DNA of 64,000 nucleotides. It comes from Chara braunii. Its lineage: Eukaryota > Plantae > Charophyceae. Below, in pieces: positions 49,270 through 63,240 of the stretch. The first letter of the stretch is position 1, and each line of letters starts with the position of its first letter. The notes beneath the pieces are model-generated. The model was given only the letters and a program-made list of their open reading frames with translations, was not told the DNA's origin and ran no database searches. The stretch is taken from positions 1,829,311-1,893,310 of the forward strand of contig BFEA01000016.1 of the NCBI GenBank assembly GCA_003427395.1, given 5' to 3'. A program made the translations under genes and the position numbers.

Positions 49270-52200
49270 TTAACTTATACTCTACACGCCAGATACCCAC
49301 AAAGTTTGAATGAGTCTTGATCAATCCACTGCCAGATGCCTGTTTGCATATAACTAATTCGACCCATTACTAACTCGCTGATACCAGTGAGGAAGGATAA
49401 GTGAGATCTTGACTCAGAGAGACTTATGAACCTTGAGATTATGAATTGATCTCTATCATATGATTTCCTTTCTGAATTGAATGAATGGTATTGCTTGAGG
49501 TCATTATGTACATGGGACTCATAATTAACTTTGAAGAGGGGAGAAACATAGTGGAACCGTTGGGACAAACAGACTGGGAATTGGTTCTGTTCATTACCTA
49601 GACCAATTAAGCGAGCAAATTGATAGTGAGGATAGGAGTTAGGCAGTAGGTCGACGGTGAGCACCAAACACTGGTCACAAGGCTAGAAGAGATTTTCTAG
49701 ATCCCAACGTCGAAGAAAAGACGTTAAGATTCTTTCGGATTGTGTTGTGTCTACAGGGCTCAGCGCTCTTGGAGAGGACTACGGAAGAAATCCGTAGGGG
49801 AACTATAAATTCTGTTATCATTGGATAAGAGGTTGGTATAACTCCGACCCAACTTTCACCATGGCTTGATACCCACACCTAAGACAAAACCTAAGAAGGA
49901 AACAGATATATTTTCCCCCTCTATCTACACCTAAATTTGTCCAAATCACACTCAGAGGTCTTTGAAAATGTGAAGGGCTGGAGTAAAAGGAGTCAGGTTA
50001 GGAAGGAATGTTGTCTTCAAGGTTTCGGGCGTGAGTGGCTTGCTATGAATGGGTTAAAGGTTGACTCTTGTAGTGCATCCTGTGTCTGCATCTGTATGCG
50101 TGTATGTGATGTCTTGCATCTGCACAGATGTTGGACGTATGTGCTGTCTTCAGAATTTGGGATAATTTGGGATAGTATTCGGACAATGGGCACAACAACT
50201 GTGAAAAGTGAGGTTCACCTCTCATTGAGCTCCCCTAATTTACATACATACATACATACATATATATATATGTGTGTGTGAAAGAGATCGTAGTTGGTCG
50301 AGGCTCAGAAAGTCATTTGTCTAGGTTCTGTTCGAGAGAAAGAGGGATTACAAAGTGTTCGACTCTGGCTTGTCATAAGATCAACAGAAGAAACATAGAG
50401 TCATTGTCATAGTTAGCTAAGCGTGCAAGACTGTCCGAGAAGTCGACCTGATCAGATAGTCGGTCCGGAGAGTTAACACCTCGGGGCTCGACATACGGGT
50501 CAGCCTTAAGGCGTTCTACCGCGCGTATGTCTATGCTACGGCGATCGAGAAAACACCCTCGACTGGCCTACCTCTTCGATTGCATGTAAAAGCCTTTGCA
50601 CGTGGGTCAGTAGCTCAACAGGGATACGCCCACCTAAGGGATGGTGATAGCTCCCGCAGGTGGAGGTATTGTTGTACCTCGTGGGACCCTAACCTGTCGT
50701 AGGGAGTCGCGAGAGGTATAACACGCGTGCACGGTCAGAGTTGGTATTGCGTAAAGTGACAAATAAACTCTTGTGTGACACGACCGTGAGGTTCGACACA
50801 AAACTTACTTTGCGTCTGGGTGTGGGACCGCCGCGCGCGACAGGTGGCGTCGTTGCCGGGGATCTCGCTTCCTAGCCGAGGTCCTCGGTGAACGAACTCG
50901 GGTATGGTAAGTTGATGATCTAGGTAAAACGACAACTCCAATCTACTTACCGGGATATAGTTTGACCAAGGATTCTGAGTGAGGAGTACGCAAGGGTGGT
51001 CATAGCGTATTAACCACTTGAAGATTTATAAAACGAAATAGATACTAAGAGAGAATAGGTGATACAATTAAGGCGACAGTCAACGACAACTTGTGAGGAG
51101 GGTCGCCCTAGAAAGTGAAAGGAGAAGTATTTCATTGATAGTAATTAGAGGTTATGTAGAATCTCTCGAAAACCGACGGTATTGGGTCAGATAACTTTAA
51201 AGGCTCTATTGTCTAACTATTGTCCTTACATTAATATGACACCCAAAGGCCATGAGACTGGTACTGGGAGAGGAAGAAGCAGAAGGTAAGGTAAGGCCGC
51301 CGAGAGGCCTATAGAGTTGACCAAAGAGCAGGAGGATTGGAAAAGGGAAGATGAAGGGCTAGAAGAGAAGGAAGGGGGGGTAGAGGCTCGTAGGCTTCAG
51401 GACGAGTGGAATGAGCGTACCCTGTCTCCGGGGAAGATGGCGTATTACAAATGTGAGAGGCATTACGGCACCTCACCTCTGCGTTGTGAGCCATCAAGCA
51501 ACCGTCGCTTCGGGTCTTATCCGCCACCTTCTTTCTCTGCTCAAGAACGAAACAATTGACAATCCTTCCTCACTCCTTCCAACCAGAGTTCCAGTCAACG
51601 CCTCATGTTCTAGATCCTTCTGTTGTCTCTCAATCCGCGTCATCCGACAGAAGATTATGCATCTCCCTTGTGATGATCTTGCTATGTCAACCAGGGATTT
51701 ACAAGTTGATCTCCTACTTGCTGTACAAGAGAATTATATGAAGCATTGAGTGAGCATTTAAGAAAGTCAGGGAATGACATGGAGAAGGAGTTAAAGATAG
51801 GCAGGTGTAGTAAGAAAGGATGTCAGGATTTCTAGGGGAGTGACCCTAGGAGGTGAGGATAGGTGAAAGTTGCATATGGTACCTATTGTCAATAAGTAGA
51901 GTCCGGTGATTTAGCTAGGAGATAAAAGTTGAAGAAGGTGGTAATGTGTTAATTTAAGCATGTATTAAACTAGAAACTTGAGGTGTAAGACAAGTGAGAT
52001 GAGGGGATAGTTGAACGATAGAGGTGGATTGAGTATGTGACTCGTGCACGTGAGTTGACTCATTTAGACTTTGTTAGTCTAAGGGTTGTACTTGCGAGCA
52101 GAGTTACGGGTGGAGGCCTGTTTAGTCAGAATTTGGCAGATCCACAAAAGGGGGGCGAACAGAATGGGTAGAACAACTTATTATGCCAACTGTAGTTGCT

Positions 52201-55200
52201 TGCAAGAAGAGGCACATAATCCTAAGTGTAGTCAGTAAGGCAGTGAGGAAATATGTGTCAAACCATCTTGTTTATGTTCAACTTGATGACTATATTTAGT
52301 CATGAGTATAGTTGCGTAAACTCATCCACTCTGGACTATTTACTTGAACATACCTAGTTGAATCTGAGCGCTTAAACCCATTCTCTTAAGATCATTCATT
52401 TGAGGTTATCCATTTAAAATTATTCATTCATGTCAGTCTATTTTATGCATGGTTAATTGCTTAAGTTGTCCATATGAGTTTATTCATTCTTGATTGTGCA
52501 CTTAAATTCATCCGTCTGAGCTAATCAAATTTTGCTATTCATCTATGTTTATTTCACTTGAGATCGTTTGTCTGGATTGCTCTCCTTATAAGGAATAGAG
52601 AAGCTACGCAAAATCCACGTCCGACACGGGGTCGGGGGTGAATGGAGTGACCGACTCCTTGGGAAAAGAAATTCTCTCAAGAGGTGGTCAATGTGTAGAG
52701 TCTATCCTTGAGGAAGTTACAATCCTAAGTTATCCTTTCCCTGATAGATGGTTTGAAGGAGCTATAAATTCGTCTTCTAAGGTAGTAGTGAGACCCGCGC
52801 CGGAACTATGTTCCTCGTCCATAGAGGGGTGTTGTCACATGACCCTCTGAGGAATGATTACTACATTACTACTGAGAAGGAGGAAAGTGTTTGAACCTTG
52901 TTAGACTATGGTCTATGATTAAGGCAACTATTGCATGCCACAAGGAGATAGGGGGTGATTCCCCAACTATCTTTGTGTCAATTGGGTTCATCATTACGAG
53001 AAAGGATATGTCATCCTTGATTGTGTACGGTGAGGTTATCTACTAATGGACAAGAGTTTGCAAGGAACGGATACTGGAATCAGAGGGTGAAGGAGTGAGG
53101 CTTGGTCCTTGAGCGGGGCTCGGGAGCTTAAGGTGTTATCCCTTTAGGGGATTACACTGCCCCTTGACACAATATACTCCTGTCAAAGCCGAGGGAGTAG
53201 AATGTAGTACTCTCGTTATTTTTGCATCCAAAAACATTTATCATTAAAAATTATATTTACTACAACATGACTGTTGTCTATGATCGTAACAGATGTCATA
53301 AGTTTTCGTCATCACCAATGCATGCATATGCTTATTAGGTTTGTCTCTTCGCTACTTAAACTATTTAAATACTCAACTATTATAATTTTAACTATTGTGA
53401 TTACTATTACAGTATATCCCCACTATGGGTAACAATCATTATAATAATTATGACCTTTAAAAATTGCAAATGCATTACTATCGTAATATACTATTATGAC
53501 CTGCTTATTGAATGATCTTAGGCATTTGAAAGTTAGCAATGGTTATAAGGTATGATTGAATATTACCTTTCGGAAAAAGTACAGTAGGAAGGAGAGACTC
53601 TGTAAAGTGATGAGAGGTTTTACTAGGCATTTGTTTATGTGAGCAGGACCTAGGGGTAGCAGAAGAAGGACACTTCAGGGACGATTGTAAGATTTTGCCA
53701 GATACATTAAGGCAGGGATGACTGAGTTTGATGCACAAGGGAGGTTGGTTGCCAGCACTAGACAAACAATCCCCAGGACATCCAAGGGTGACAGGGTAGA
53801 ACTCATCAGATACTGGGGTTGGATAACACCTTCCTGGTTTAGAAAGAAGTGGAGATATGAACTCCTTGATAAAATTGAAGTTTTGTTGGGTAAGAGGGAA
53901 CGTGGGTGAGTAGAGTGCAATCTGGGAAGGGAGCGAGTTCTTTCCTTAAGTTTTGATAGACTAAAGGTTAGAATAATATAAGGAAACACATAAACATTTG
54001 AAGATAGACAATGATGATGGGAGAGATGAGTCGCAAGTCTGACTCGTTGTAACATATTTTATATTTATATATGTATCCAAAGGGGATGAGCTGGTGACCA
54101 CAAACACTTTCACATTGTGAGTGAATCCTTGTCTATGGTTGAGTCTTTTGTGAGTCAGTATCTCCCTTTGTCTATCACTATTGGACTCGTCTGAGGCCTA
54201 AAGATGATGGTAGAGGAACGGGCGGATCAGTACCTTGTGTGAAAGTCAGTAAAAGGTTGTATGACCAACATGTTGGAATAATTGATTATATGTACATGTT
54301 TGAGAAACCATGCTACGGCATGGACAAACTCTTTCAATGAGTTGAAAGGTTTTGCGATCATTTTTGAATGAGATGTTCGTTTTGGTGGTTTCAGACAAAC
54401 AAAGAGTCAACAATTATTTATTTCATTTAAAAATAATGGTTTTTTTGTATACATAATACAAATGACCCCGAGGTGCGTCCCTCACCGAGCTATGATCAAA
54501 GACTTGGAGGGCACAACCCTGAGTGGCAACCTGACGATTGCTCAATTTATTGAAAAATCTTATTTATTTGGTTTATTTAAAAAACATCGTTCATCCATCT
54601 CAAGGGTTAACCTGAGGGCATAAATTACCAAGCCTATGGTGGAAAATTGGCATCGTTGGGACGTAACTCCCAACGTGGACTGCTGACCTAGCATAACCAG
54701 GCAGCGGACCCTTCGACTATGGCCTCGAAAAAAAACTAGAGGGGTGGTCACCCCAATGAAAGGATCTATTAAGGTGGATGTCGAAGAGGTCGAGATTAGT
54801 CTTGAAATCTATAATTTTAAAGATAGGATGAATATCCCATCGTTGCGCAACCAACGAGGGTAACCACCGATAAGCAACAACGCGGTGGGCCGAAGCTCCG
54901 GCCCGATCAGCAGGACTGTGGTGGGTCATGATGGAGACCGTTGTCCTTCTGTATTAGACTTCGGGCAGGACGACAGACATCTTTGGATTGTGATATCAAG
55001 AGTTGAACACCCAAGGTCTCGGTTAGGACCCGCCTTTGACAGGATGAGTTCGTACGCGAACACCAACCCTGAAAACAACCAACGAATACCTGGGTCAAAA
55101 GTCTAAGGGTGTGGGGAAAGGAAAGGCGCGTTGTCATACTTAACTATTTCATATACTGTAGTACTGATCAAGTATCCCACTTCAAGTCATTCAGTTATTT

Positions 55201-55847
55201 TAGAACGTGGGAGACCCGGCTTAGAATCCCGGCAGTAATAATGAAAAGTGATGTGACGACGTCAATCCTGAACCACATCTCATTCCAGGATCCGGATTTG
55301 ACGATTTGCTTATCAGAAAACATCTTTTGTTTGCATATAGTTCTCCAAGCGACGGGGACGTCGCTTAATGAGGTCAAGGATACTGTCGGACCAACTACCC
55401 TTAGAAGGGTATTTGGCCATACTTTTGCATTCGACACGGTGACGGCGTCGGCTACCATGACGGAGCCAATCTGGAATGGAAAAGGTGTGCACGCTTGAGC
55501 GTGACACTCGAAACGAATTCCTCGGCCATTGAGGCCGGGGCAAAATGGTGAGAAAATTTTGTTAAGTATGCGCGCGCGTTGTTATGACGCACGCCGTGAA
55601 GGTTGAGATCTGCAGTAATACCCTTCCACCAAAGAGGTTGAGGGGTCGATAGGGTTGATGTTATGACAAGTAGATCTACGATGTACGCTGAGACTTAATC
55701 GTCAGTACATCAGTCAGAATAAATTAATACGCGCCCCGGTCGTACGACCGGAGCAATTATTAGTGTATGATCATCGGGGTTAAAGTAGCAGCCCGATCGT
55801 TGACGCTTGCTCGAGCGGTACCTTTATCCCTACTAGTGTACCGTAAG

Positions 55848-56421
55848 CGAGGTTGAGGCTCTAGCTCAGCCTCCCGTAGGTAGAAGGGGAGTCGCCCCTT
55901 GCTTAGTGACTTCCTGGCCACATGACTACCCGAGCGACCGGTGCCTTCGTCCCTCTGCAGAGGGAGACACCGTTGCAAGTTCTGATATCGTTCGCACGGG
56001 GTCTAGACTAAGACTACTTGACCTAGTACCCGCCTACCTAACGATACTGGGCCTCTAAAAATGCCAACTTTTGTGTTCTCCTGCTCGGCCTCGAGTATCC
56101 GGCACGTCCACCTCCACTTGGTGTGGCACCGGCCTAACTGCTGCCTGAGTGTTTTTCTGTTGCAGCCCTAAAAAACCGCGGCCATAGGTAAACACCGTCG
56201 TGTCAGGCCGCTCAAACAATCAGGTGTCCCTACGGGACACACGCACAGACCTGCGGGACATGCACGGACCTGCGGGACACACGCAGACTGCAGGTCACAC
56301 ACACACACGCTCCGGTCGACAGACACTCGGACAGGCACGCTGACTTGCAAGCGTGTACACACACGCAGACTAAGAAATTCGGGCCAACTACATCTACTTA
56401 TAGAAAGGCGGCTCTTTACCA
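55848..56421. mobile_element. LTR fragment related to the solo LTR at 21047-22247
   Basis: Shares tgggcctctaaaaatgccaactt...ctgctcggcct and a similar end (ggcggctctttacca vs ggcgggtcattaca). Confidence 0.75.
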
Positions 56422-56733
56422 TATTGTGGTAAGAGCTAGCCCAGTAGGTATAGGTATAGATTGATATGTCACAAATCCTAGGATTGAGTTTGATCTGACT
56501 CCGGGCCAGCTTTTTTGTTAGCTGCGGGGGCGGGGCCTGCCTTTTCCACCCGCCCTCAGACAGGCAGGATTCGAACCCGCGACCTTAGAGTTAAAATTAG
56601 TTCAAGATAGGTTGTTAGTTAGGGCTTGGGTGTCTACCCGACACTTGACACGTACAGAAACTTTCTAGTTAGATTCTGCTCTTTTGTCTTTTGTTTATTT
56701 ATTTATTTTTGTTATAGTTGGATTCTCATTTTA

Positions 56734-56795
<62 letters not shown>

Positions 56796-57505
56796 TTGGT
56801 TTATTTCTTTCCCCCCCCCCGATTCTCGTACGAAAAATTGGTGAATTAATGATTAGAACCGGGGCAGATTCATTTCCTCGCACTTTCCGACATCCAACCT
56901 TCGACGACTTCTGGGCGGGACTATCTCGTTGGAGTACGGCAGGAAAGGAGCATCGAGGCGGAAAGGGCGAGCACGGATTAGCAAGCAGAAGGGACTGCGC
57001 GCGGGTGGAGGACGAGGCAGCGCAGGGAGAGAGAAGAGAACGCGCGAGGACGGAGCTCGCCACCTCGAAGCCTAGGCGGAGGGGAACTCTGAACGGAACC
57101 AAGAAGGGTCGCGCGGAAGCAGGGCGACACACGAAAGAGTAACGTGAGGAGTAGTGGTAGGAGAAGACTGAAGGAGAAGAAGAAGTAGGTGGGAAGGAGG
57201 AGGAGAAGAAGGAGATGGAGAGAAGGGGAAGAAGGAGAGAGGAGGTGGCAAGCAAGAAGCGGGCGAGTTAGCAAGTGGGGAAGTTCGGAAAGTAGATGAC
57301 CTGGCGATAGAAGGAGGGCGCGAGGGGCGGTAGCGCAAACAGGGAGCGAAGAGGGGAGCAGCGGAGGAGACGGGGAGAAAGGGAGAAGTCGCGCGAAGAT
57401 GGTAGCGCACACGAGCGGGGGAAACAAATAGCCGCGCAAGTAGAAGAAGAAGAAGAAGAAAAAGAAGAAAAAGAAGAAGAAAGGAGAAGACGAGGAAGAA
57501 GGAGG

Positions 57506-57537
<32 letters not shown>

Positions 57538-57583
57538 AGAAGAAGAAGCGGGAGAAGGAAAGGAGGTTCATCGCGACGGGAAG

Positions 57584-57725
57584 GATGTTGTAATTATCGA
57601 TCTTGAACGGGGAATGCCTAGTAAATGTGAGTCATCAGCTCGCGCTGACTACGTCCCTACCCTTTGTACACACCGACGTCGCTCCTACCGATTGAATGGT
57701 TCGGTGAGGTATCTGGATCGCGGAG
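57584..57725 (+). pseudogene. 18S rRNA 3'-region fragment (degenerate)
   Basis: ggaatgcctagtaa..gagtcatcagctcgcgctgactacgtccct.ccctttgtacacaccg.cgtcgctcctaccgattgaatggt matches the conserved eukaryotic SSU region, with substitutions at universal sites. Confidence 0.9.
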
Positions 57726-57964
57726 ATCTCGACGGGTTGCCGTTGGGGAGTGCGGTCGAACAACATCGACCGACGACGACGACATCGGCCGCTACGACGA
57801 CGACGATGGGGAGAGAGTAAAGAGGTAAGTTTCCGATCTTGCGGCTTACCTCATGATACATCGATAAGATAAATAAAATAGAATAAATAAATAAAATAGA
57901 TTAATAAATGAGAACAAAATCGATTAAATCTACCACTACGATTTGGATACATATATTACTGTGC

Positions 57965-58005
<41 letters not shown>

Positions 58006-59106
58006 TTCTTCTTCTTCTCTTCTAAGTCCACCATCTCTCCTTCTCCCTCTCCCTATCTGACTTCTCGGTCTCTGCGGACTACATGAGAGAGAGAGAGAGA
58101 GAGAGGGGGGGGGGATGGAGACAGGTGGCATCTGTGTGTGGGGCCGAGTCTGTGAGTGTAGCGCGAGACATACCTGATGATGGAAGCATGCGACATTGGT
58201 CGCCATGCGCTCGTACTTTGGGAATGTTGTTAATGTCATCTTTCTACTTCGTAGTATAGGGTAGATAGGGTCTGTTACGTGTAGTCTGGGCACCGAGCGC
58301 CAGGTAGGATACCAACATTGATTATTCGTTGATGATGCTGGGACTGTTCCAGCATTGTCACTTCTGAGTTGTTGCTATGTTCTTATCTGGTGAATCTCGG
58401 GATGCAATTCTGTTGTTGGTTCGGGGTCAAGACTATCTGTGTATATGATGCTGTTGGATTGCTGAAGTTCGCTATTGCTCATATTGCATTTTTTTTTTTT
58501 TTTTTTTTTATTATTATTATTATTTGCATGGTGAGTTGGGGTGCACGTGGCATCTGTGTGAGGGGGATCGAGGTGGAAAGTGATATGAGATACATACCTG
58601 CTATGGGAAACGTGCGGCATTAGACGCTATCTGGTAATATTTCTGCGCAACTAATTTCGTCGTCATTCGGTATTTTTGTAGGACCAGATCGGATCTGTCA
58701 TTAGTAGTGTGGTCGCCGAGAGCCACGTAGGATGCTGACACTGAGTCGGATGATGATGATGATGATGATGGGAGGGAACTTACCTTGTATTGACGATGGG
58801 CTGCATGGGCGACATCTCCAAGTACTTCGGATTGTCATTGATGTCAACAGTCGCATTGTCAATTCGTAGGTAGTAGTAGCTGTGTAGGGAGTAGGCTGGG
58901 CACCGAGCGCCAGGTAGGGAGATAGGGCTTGGATACTCGTGTTGGTGGTAGCAAGAGCAAGCTCTCATTGACATTGGTTTTCAGAGTTACAAATCTCCAT
59001 TGGTGTATTATCGGTGCAATGCTGCTCTCTGGATACAGTCGGACCATCTGGTTTCAGAGTGATGATGTAATCAGGAATTGTCATCTCGCTGTTGTGATTT
59101 TTTCCT

Positions 59107-59159
<53 letters not shown>

Positions 59160-59577
59160 GTTATTATTATTATTAGATGTACGGAAGTTCTTGGGTCCGA
59201 GTGGCATCTGTGAGTTGGGGAACGAGGTTGTGAATGAGGAGAGAGACGTACCCGGTGGAGAGGAGGTCGGCATTGGTGTTGACGTCATCACTCGCTGGTC
59301 GTCAAGTTGTCTGGTTGCTTCCATGCTATAGTTGTAACATTAGGCTGTAGAGTAGATAGAGCGTCTGGTGTCATTCAAGAGAAAGAGCTGCATTGGGTTA
59401 TGCTGATGGTGTTGCCCAATTGGGCTTGGACATTGACTCACGATTCTGCTGTATCGTTCTCAAATGGATGGTTACTTGGTTCCATTGGCTATCTACTCTT
59501 GCTTTGACTACTTGGACTTCAGTGTGATTTTGCGATTTGGATTTCTTTGCTTCGTCCACATTCATGTTCCATGCATT

Positions 59578-59644
<67 letters not shown>

Positions 59645-59645
59645 T

Positions 59646-59900
59646 GTGTAATCAGACTCGCTCTCATTCACACCTTTCATGCATGCGAACAGTTGTGCAA
59701 CAAACAGGCGACATGCACACACTCAATACTCAGAGATATGGCATCCAGATGAGAGTTCACTTTCACTGGCTATAGAGACTCAGTGCCCAAAACAACTCAC
59801 TGTTGACATACATCGGATCACCCCGGGACGCCCCACGAGCAACACCCCGTTGACAAACACACTCCCACACTATACCTCACATTGTACTACACCTACAACA
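59646..59900 (-). mobile_element. LTR fragment of the family at 18973-19945
   Basis: tgtaatcagactcg..cattcacac..catgcatgc..tactcagagatatggca..gagttcactt aligns with 18973-19200. Confidence 0.8.
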
Positions 59901-60017
59901 TTGGCTTAGCTCTCCTTCAGTCGTTGCACTCCCAGGCATAAACAGACCATTGTTGTGCGTTGCGTCCTGAACTGCTGCCACGTGCTCCGCGTGAGGGCGG
60001 CTGCCCGGTTCGGGGAG

Positions 60018-61057
60018 GAACGGGACACACGCGTGATTACGGCGCCACTGGCCACGCTGAGCCCTCTGCTGCGGTGCGTTTCGGGGTGGCGGAAAGCAAC
60101 GCGGATGACGGTCGTGAGTTCCACGTGTGCGGGGACGGAGCGCGAGCATCGGACAGCCGACGACGTGTGTTTGTTCCCCGATAGCAGGGGCGGTGCGAGA
60201 GCAGGACGACGGGCCAGCAATGGCGGTGTTTCCTGCGCGAGCACGGCCAACACTCTTTTCGGTTGTCGTCTACTCCTGGCTCCCAGTGTCATGCAAGAAA
60301 CGAAAACAAAAATCGAAAATCGCGCGGCAAAATTTGGGGGGNNNNNNNNNNNNNNNNNNNNNNNNNNNNNNNNNNNNNNNNNNNNNNNNNNNNNNNNNNN
60401 NNNNNNNNNNNNNNNNNNNNNNNNNNNNNNNNNNNNNNNNNNNNNNNNNNNNNNNNNNNNNNNNNNNNNNNNNNNNNNNNNNNNNNNNNNNNNNNNNNNN
60501 NNNNNNNNNNNNNNNNNNNNNNNNNNNNNNNNNNNNNNNNNNNNNNNNNNNNNNNNNNNNNNNNNNNNNNNNNNNNNNNNNNNNNNNNNNNNNNNNNNNN
60601 NNNNNNNNNNNNNNNNNNNNNNNNNNNNNNNNNNNNNNNNNNNNNNNNNNNNNNNNNNNNNNNNNNNNNNNNNNNNNNNNNNNNNNNNNNNNNNNNNNNN
60701 NNNNNNNNNNNNNNNNNNNNNNNNNNNNNCGCCCCCCCAAATTTTGCCACGCGATTTTCGATTTTTGTTTTCGTTTCTTGCATGACGCTGGGAGCCAGGA
60801 GTAGACGATAACCGAAAAGAGTGCTGGCCGTGCTCGCGAGGGAAACACCGCCATCGCTGGCCCGTCTTCCTGCTCTCGCACCGCCCCTGCTATCGGGGAA
60901 CAAACACACGTCGCCGGCTGTCTGATGCTCGCGCTCCATCCCAGCACGCGTGGAACTCACGACTGTCATCGGTGCTGCGTTCCGCCACCCCGAAACGCAC
61001 CGCAGCAGAGGGCTCAGCGTGGCCAGTGGCGCCATAATCACGCGTGTGTCCCGTTCC
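60018..61057. repeat. Long inverted repeat (~325-bp arms) around an N gap
   Basis: 60018-60341 is the reverse complement of 60731-61057, with scattered substitutions. Confidence 0.9.
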
Positions 61058-61599
61058 CTGGCCGGGGAAAAACCGCCATCGCTGGCCCGTCGTCCTGCTC
61101 GCGCACCACCCCTGCTATCGGCAAACACCGCCATCACTGGCCCGTCGCCCTGCTCACACAACGTTGTTGATTGGCCTTCCGCCTGGTTGGGGGATGCGCA
61201 AGGGCCAGTTGCCTGCGCCGACATTCTGCGACTCGTGGCCCAGCGACACCACCAAGGTGCGCTCTGGATGCCGAAGACTGGTTGGTGATCCGGGGATCAT
61301 GGACAGGTTCCCTGCCGGCGCTACACGTTACGGCTGACGTGTGGACGTCTTGTTCAAAGTGGGTGTACCCTCCACACCATCGCGCCTCTCGTCTGCTCCG
61401 CGACTCCGGACATCGCCGACGCGAATACATGACACTCCAGGTGCGTGTGACACCTCGCTCGCTGCACGGCGCTCGACCGTCGCTCCTTTGATATGCATGT
61501 GGTTGTTCTCCCCCACTCAATATGTCCGTCTTTCCTACAATCTTGGTCGCTCGACCGTCCACCCGAACGAAACCATGTCGAGTTCATGAAACGAAACCG

Positions 61600-61772
61600 C
61601 CGCACTTTTAAACGGACACACACACACACACAACCGAACACACACGCACAAACACACACACACACACACACAAGCACACGCACACACACACACACACTCA
61701 CAAACAACGCACACATACGCACACATATTCACACGCACACATTCACGTGCACACACACAGACACACGCAAAT

Positions 61773-61806
<34 letters not shown>

Positions 61807-63240
61807 GCACACACACACACACACATTCACACGCACACATTCGCGTGCACACACACACTAGCACACAAGCACGCGCGTTTGCTGACCCGCACGGATGCCG
61901 AAACTGGTCTGACCGTGTGCTGTGTTTTTCTTTTTCGACCCTTGCAACCAGATGATTAACCCTCCGATCTATTGATTGGCGGTCTGGCTCACGCGATCCC
62001 CACCCAAGTGCAAACTGTCGAACACGCACATCCCCTACAAGTTGCCCGTCCTGTGCGAACTTCTTTCCTTGGCTTTTGTTATTGACTGGTTGACAGATTG
62101 GTTGAATGACTGGTTGAATGTTTGGTCGATTGATTGGTTCTTTGATTGTTTGTTTCATTGATTGACAGTTTGATTGGTGGGGGGGGGAAGGTAGCCCGCC
62201 GTGCCCTTCCCCCCCCACTCCCCCCTTACCCCCCTAACACAAACAGACATAAAACAAGCACACACAAACACACACAACATCGCACACACACGCACTCACA
62301 GAAACACATTCACACGCACACGCGTCGCACGCGGTGCCCCCGCCGTACGCTCATCGGGTCCTTCGATCAGTCGCTTGCGCGAGGTGTTATTGGCCGCGTT
62401 TTTTTCGTTTACGTGCGTGTCCGACGTTATCACCAACTGTAGTTGTCGCTCACGAAACAAATAACTAGAAGCCATTGCGATCGGTGCATCTCTAGTTGAT
62501 TGACATTGAATCCATTATTCATTGGCGGGCCGATGGATTCTTTCGGTCATGCAATCAAACAATCACGCGCGCTCGAGACAAGCCCTGGTCGGGCGGCCGA
62601 TTGGTGCAATGCAGCAGCGAACGACAATGCGCCACATCACCGATTGATCCCCTCTCCCTAGTTATGGCACATCCTGCTCGACTGACGGGTTGCCGGACCG
62701 AAGGAACCAGTCGACCTTTCAACAATGCGTTACTTGCTGTCGAACGACTGTGGTTTGTCTGATCGTTTCGTGCGGCGGGCTTCTCGCACAAGAATCCCCC
62801 ATGCGCCGATCCTGTCCGAAGACCGATCCCCCGCGCATGTTTCGACAAATCAATCAATCACTGCCTCCTCAATGAATGAATGAATGAATCAATCAATCAA
62901 TTAATCACGCAATCAATCAATCAGTCGATTACTCAATTAAGCAATCAATCAATTGTTAAATCAACCAATCAATTAATCAATCAATTAATCAATCGATCAA
63001 TCAACCGAGCAATCAATTAATCAATTACTCAAATAAACAATCGGTTAATCGCGCAATCTCAGCCTGCGCAATCGATCATTCAATCAATTAAACACGCAGC
63101 CAATAAATTAATCACATAATCGCTGCCTGCTCAGTCGATCAACCAATCGATTACTCAATTATTCAATCCATCAATCAATCAACCAATTAATCAACCCATC
63201 AATGAAATTAATCAACCAATCAACGACCCAATCAATCCCT
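61600..63240. repeat. Compound (CA)n and (AATC)n low-complexity block
   Basis: Directly visible. Confidence 0.85.

Noticed and set aside
56430-56600. tRNA gene (GGTTCGAATCC box on the minus strand)
   Set aside because: No cloverleaf can be formed; at most a tRNA-derived relic.
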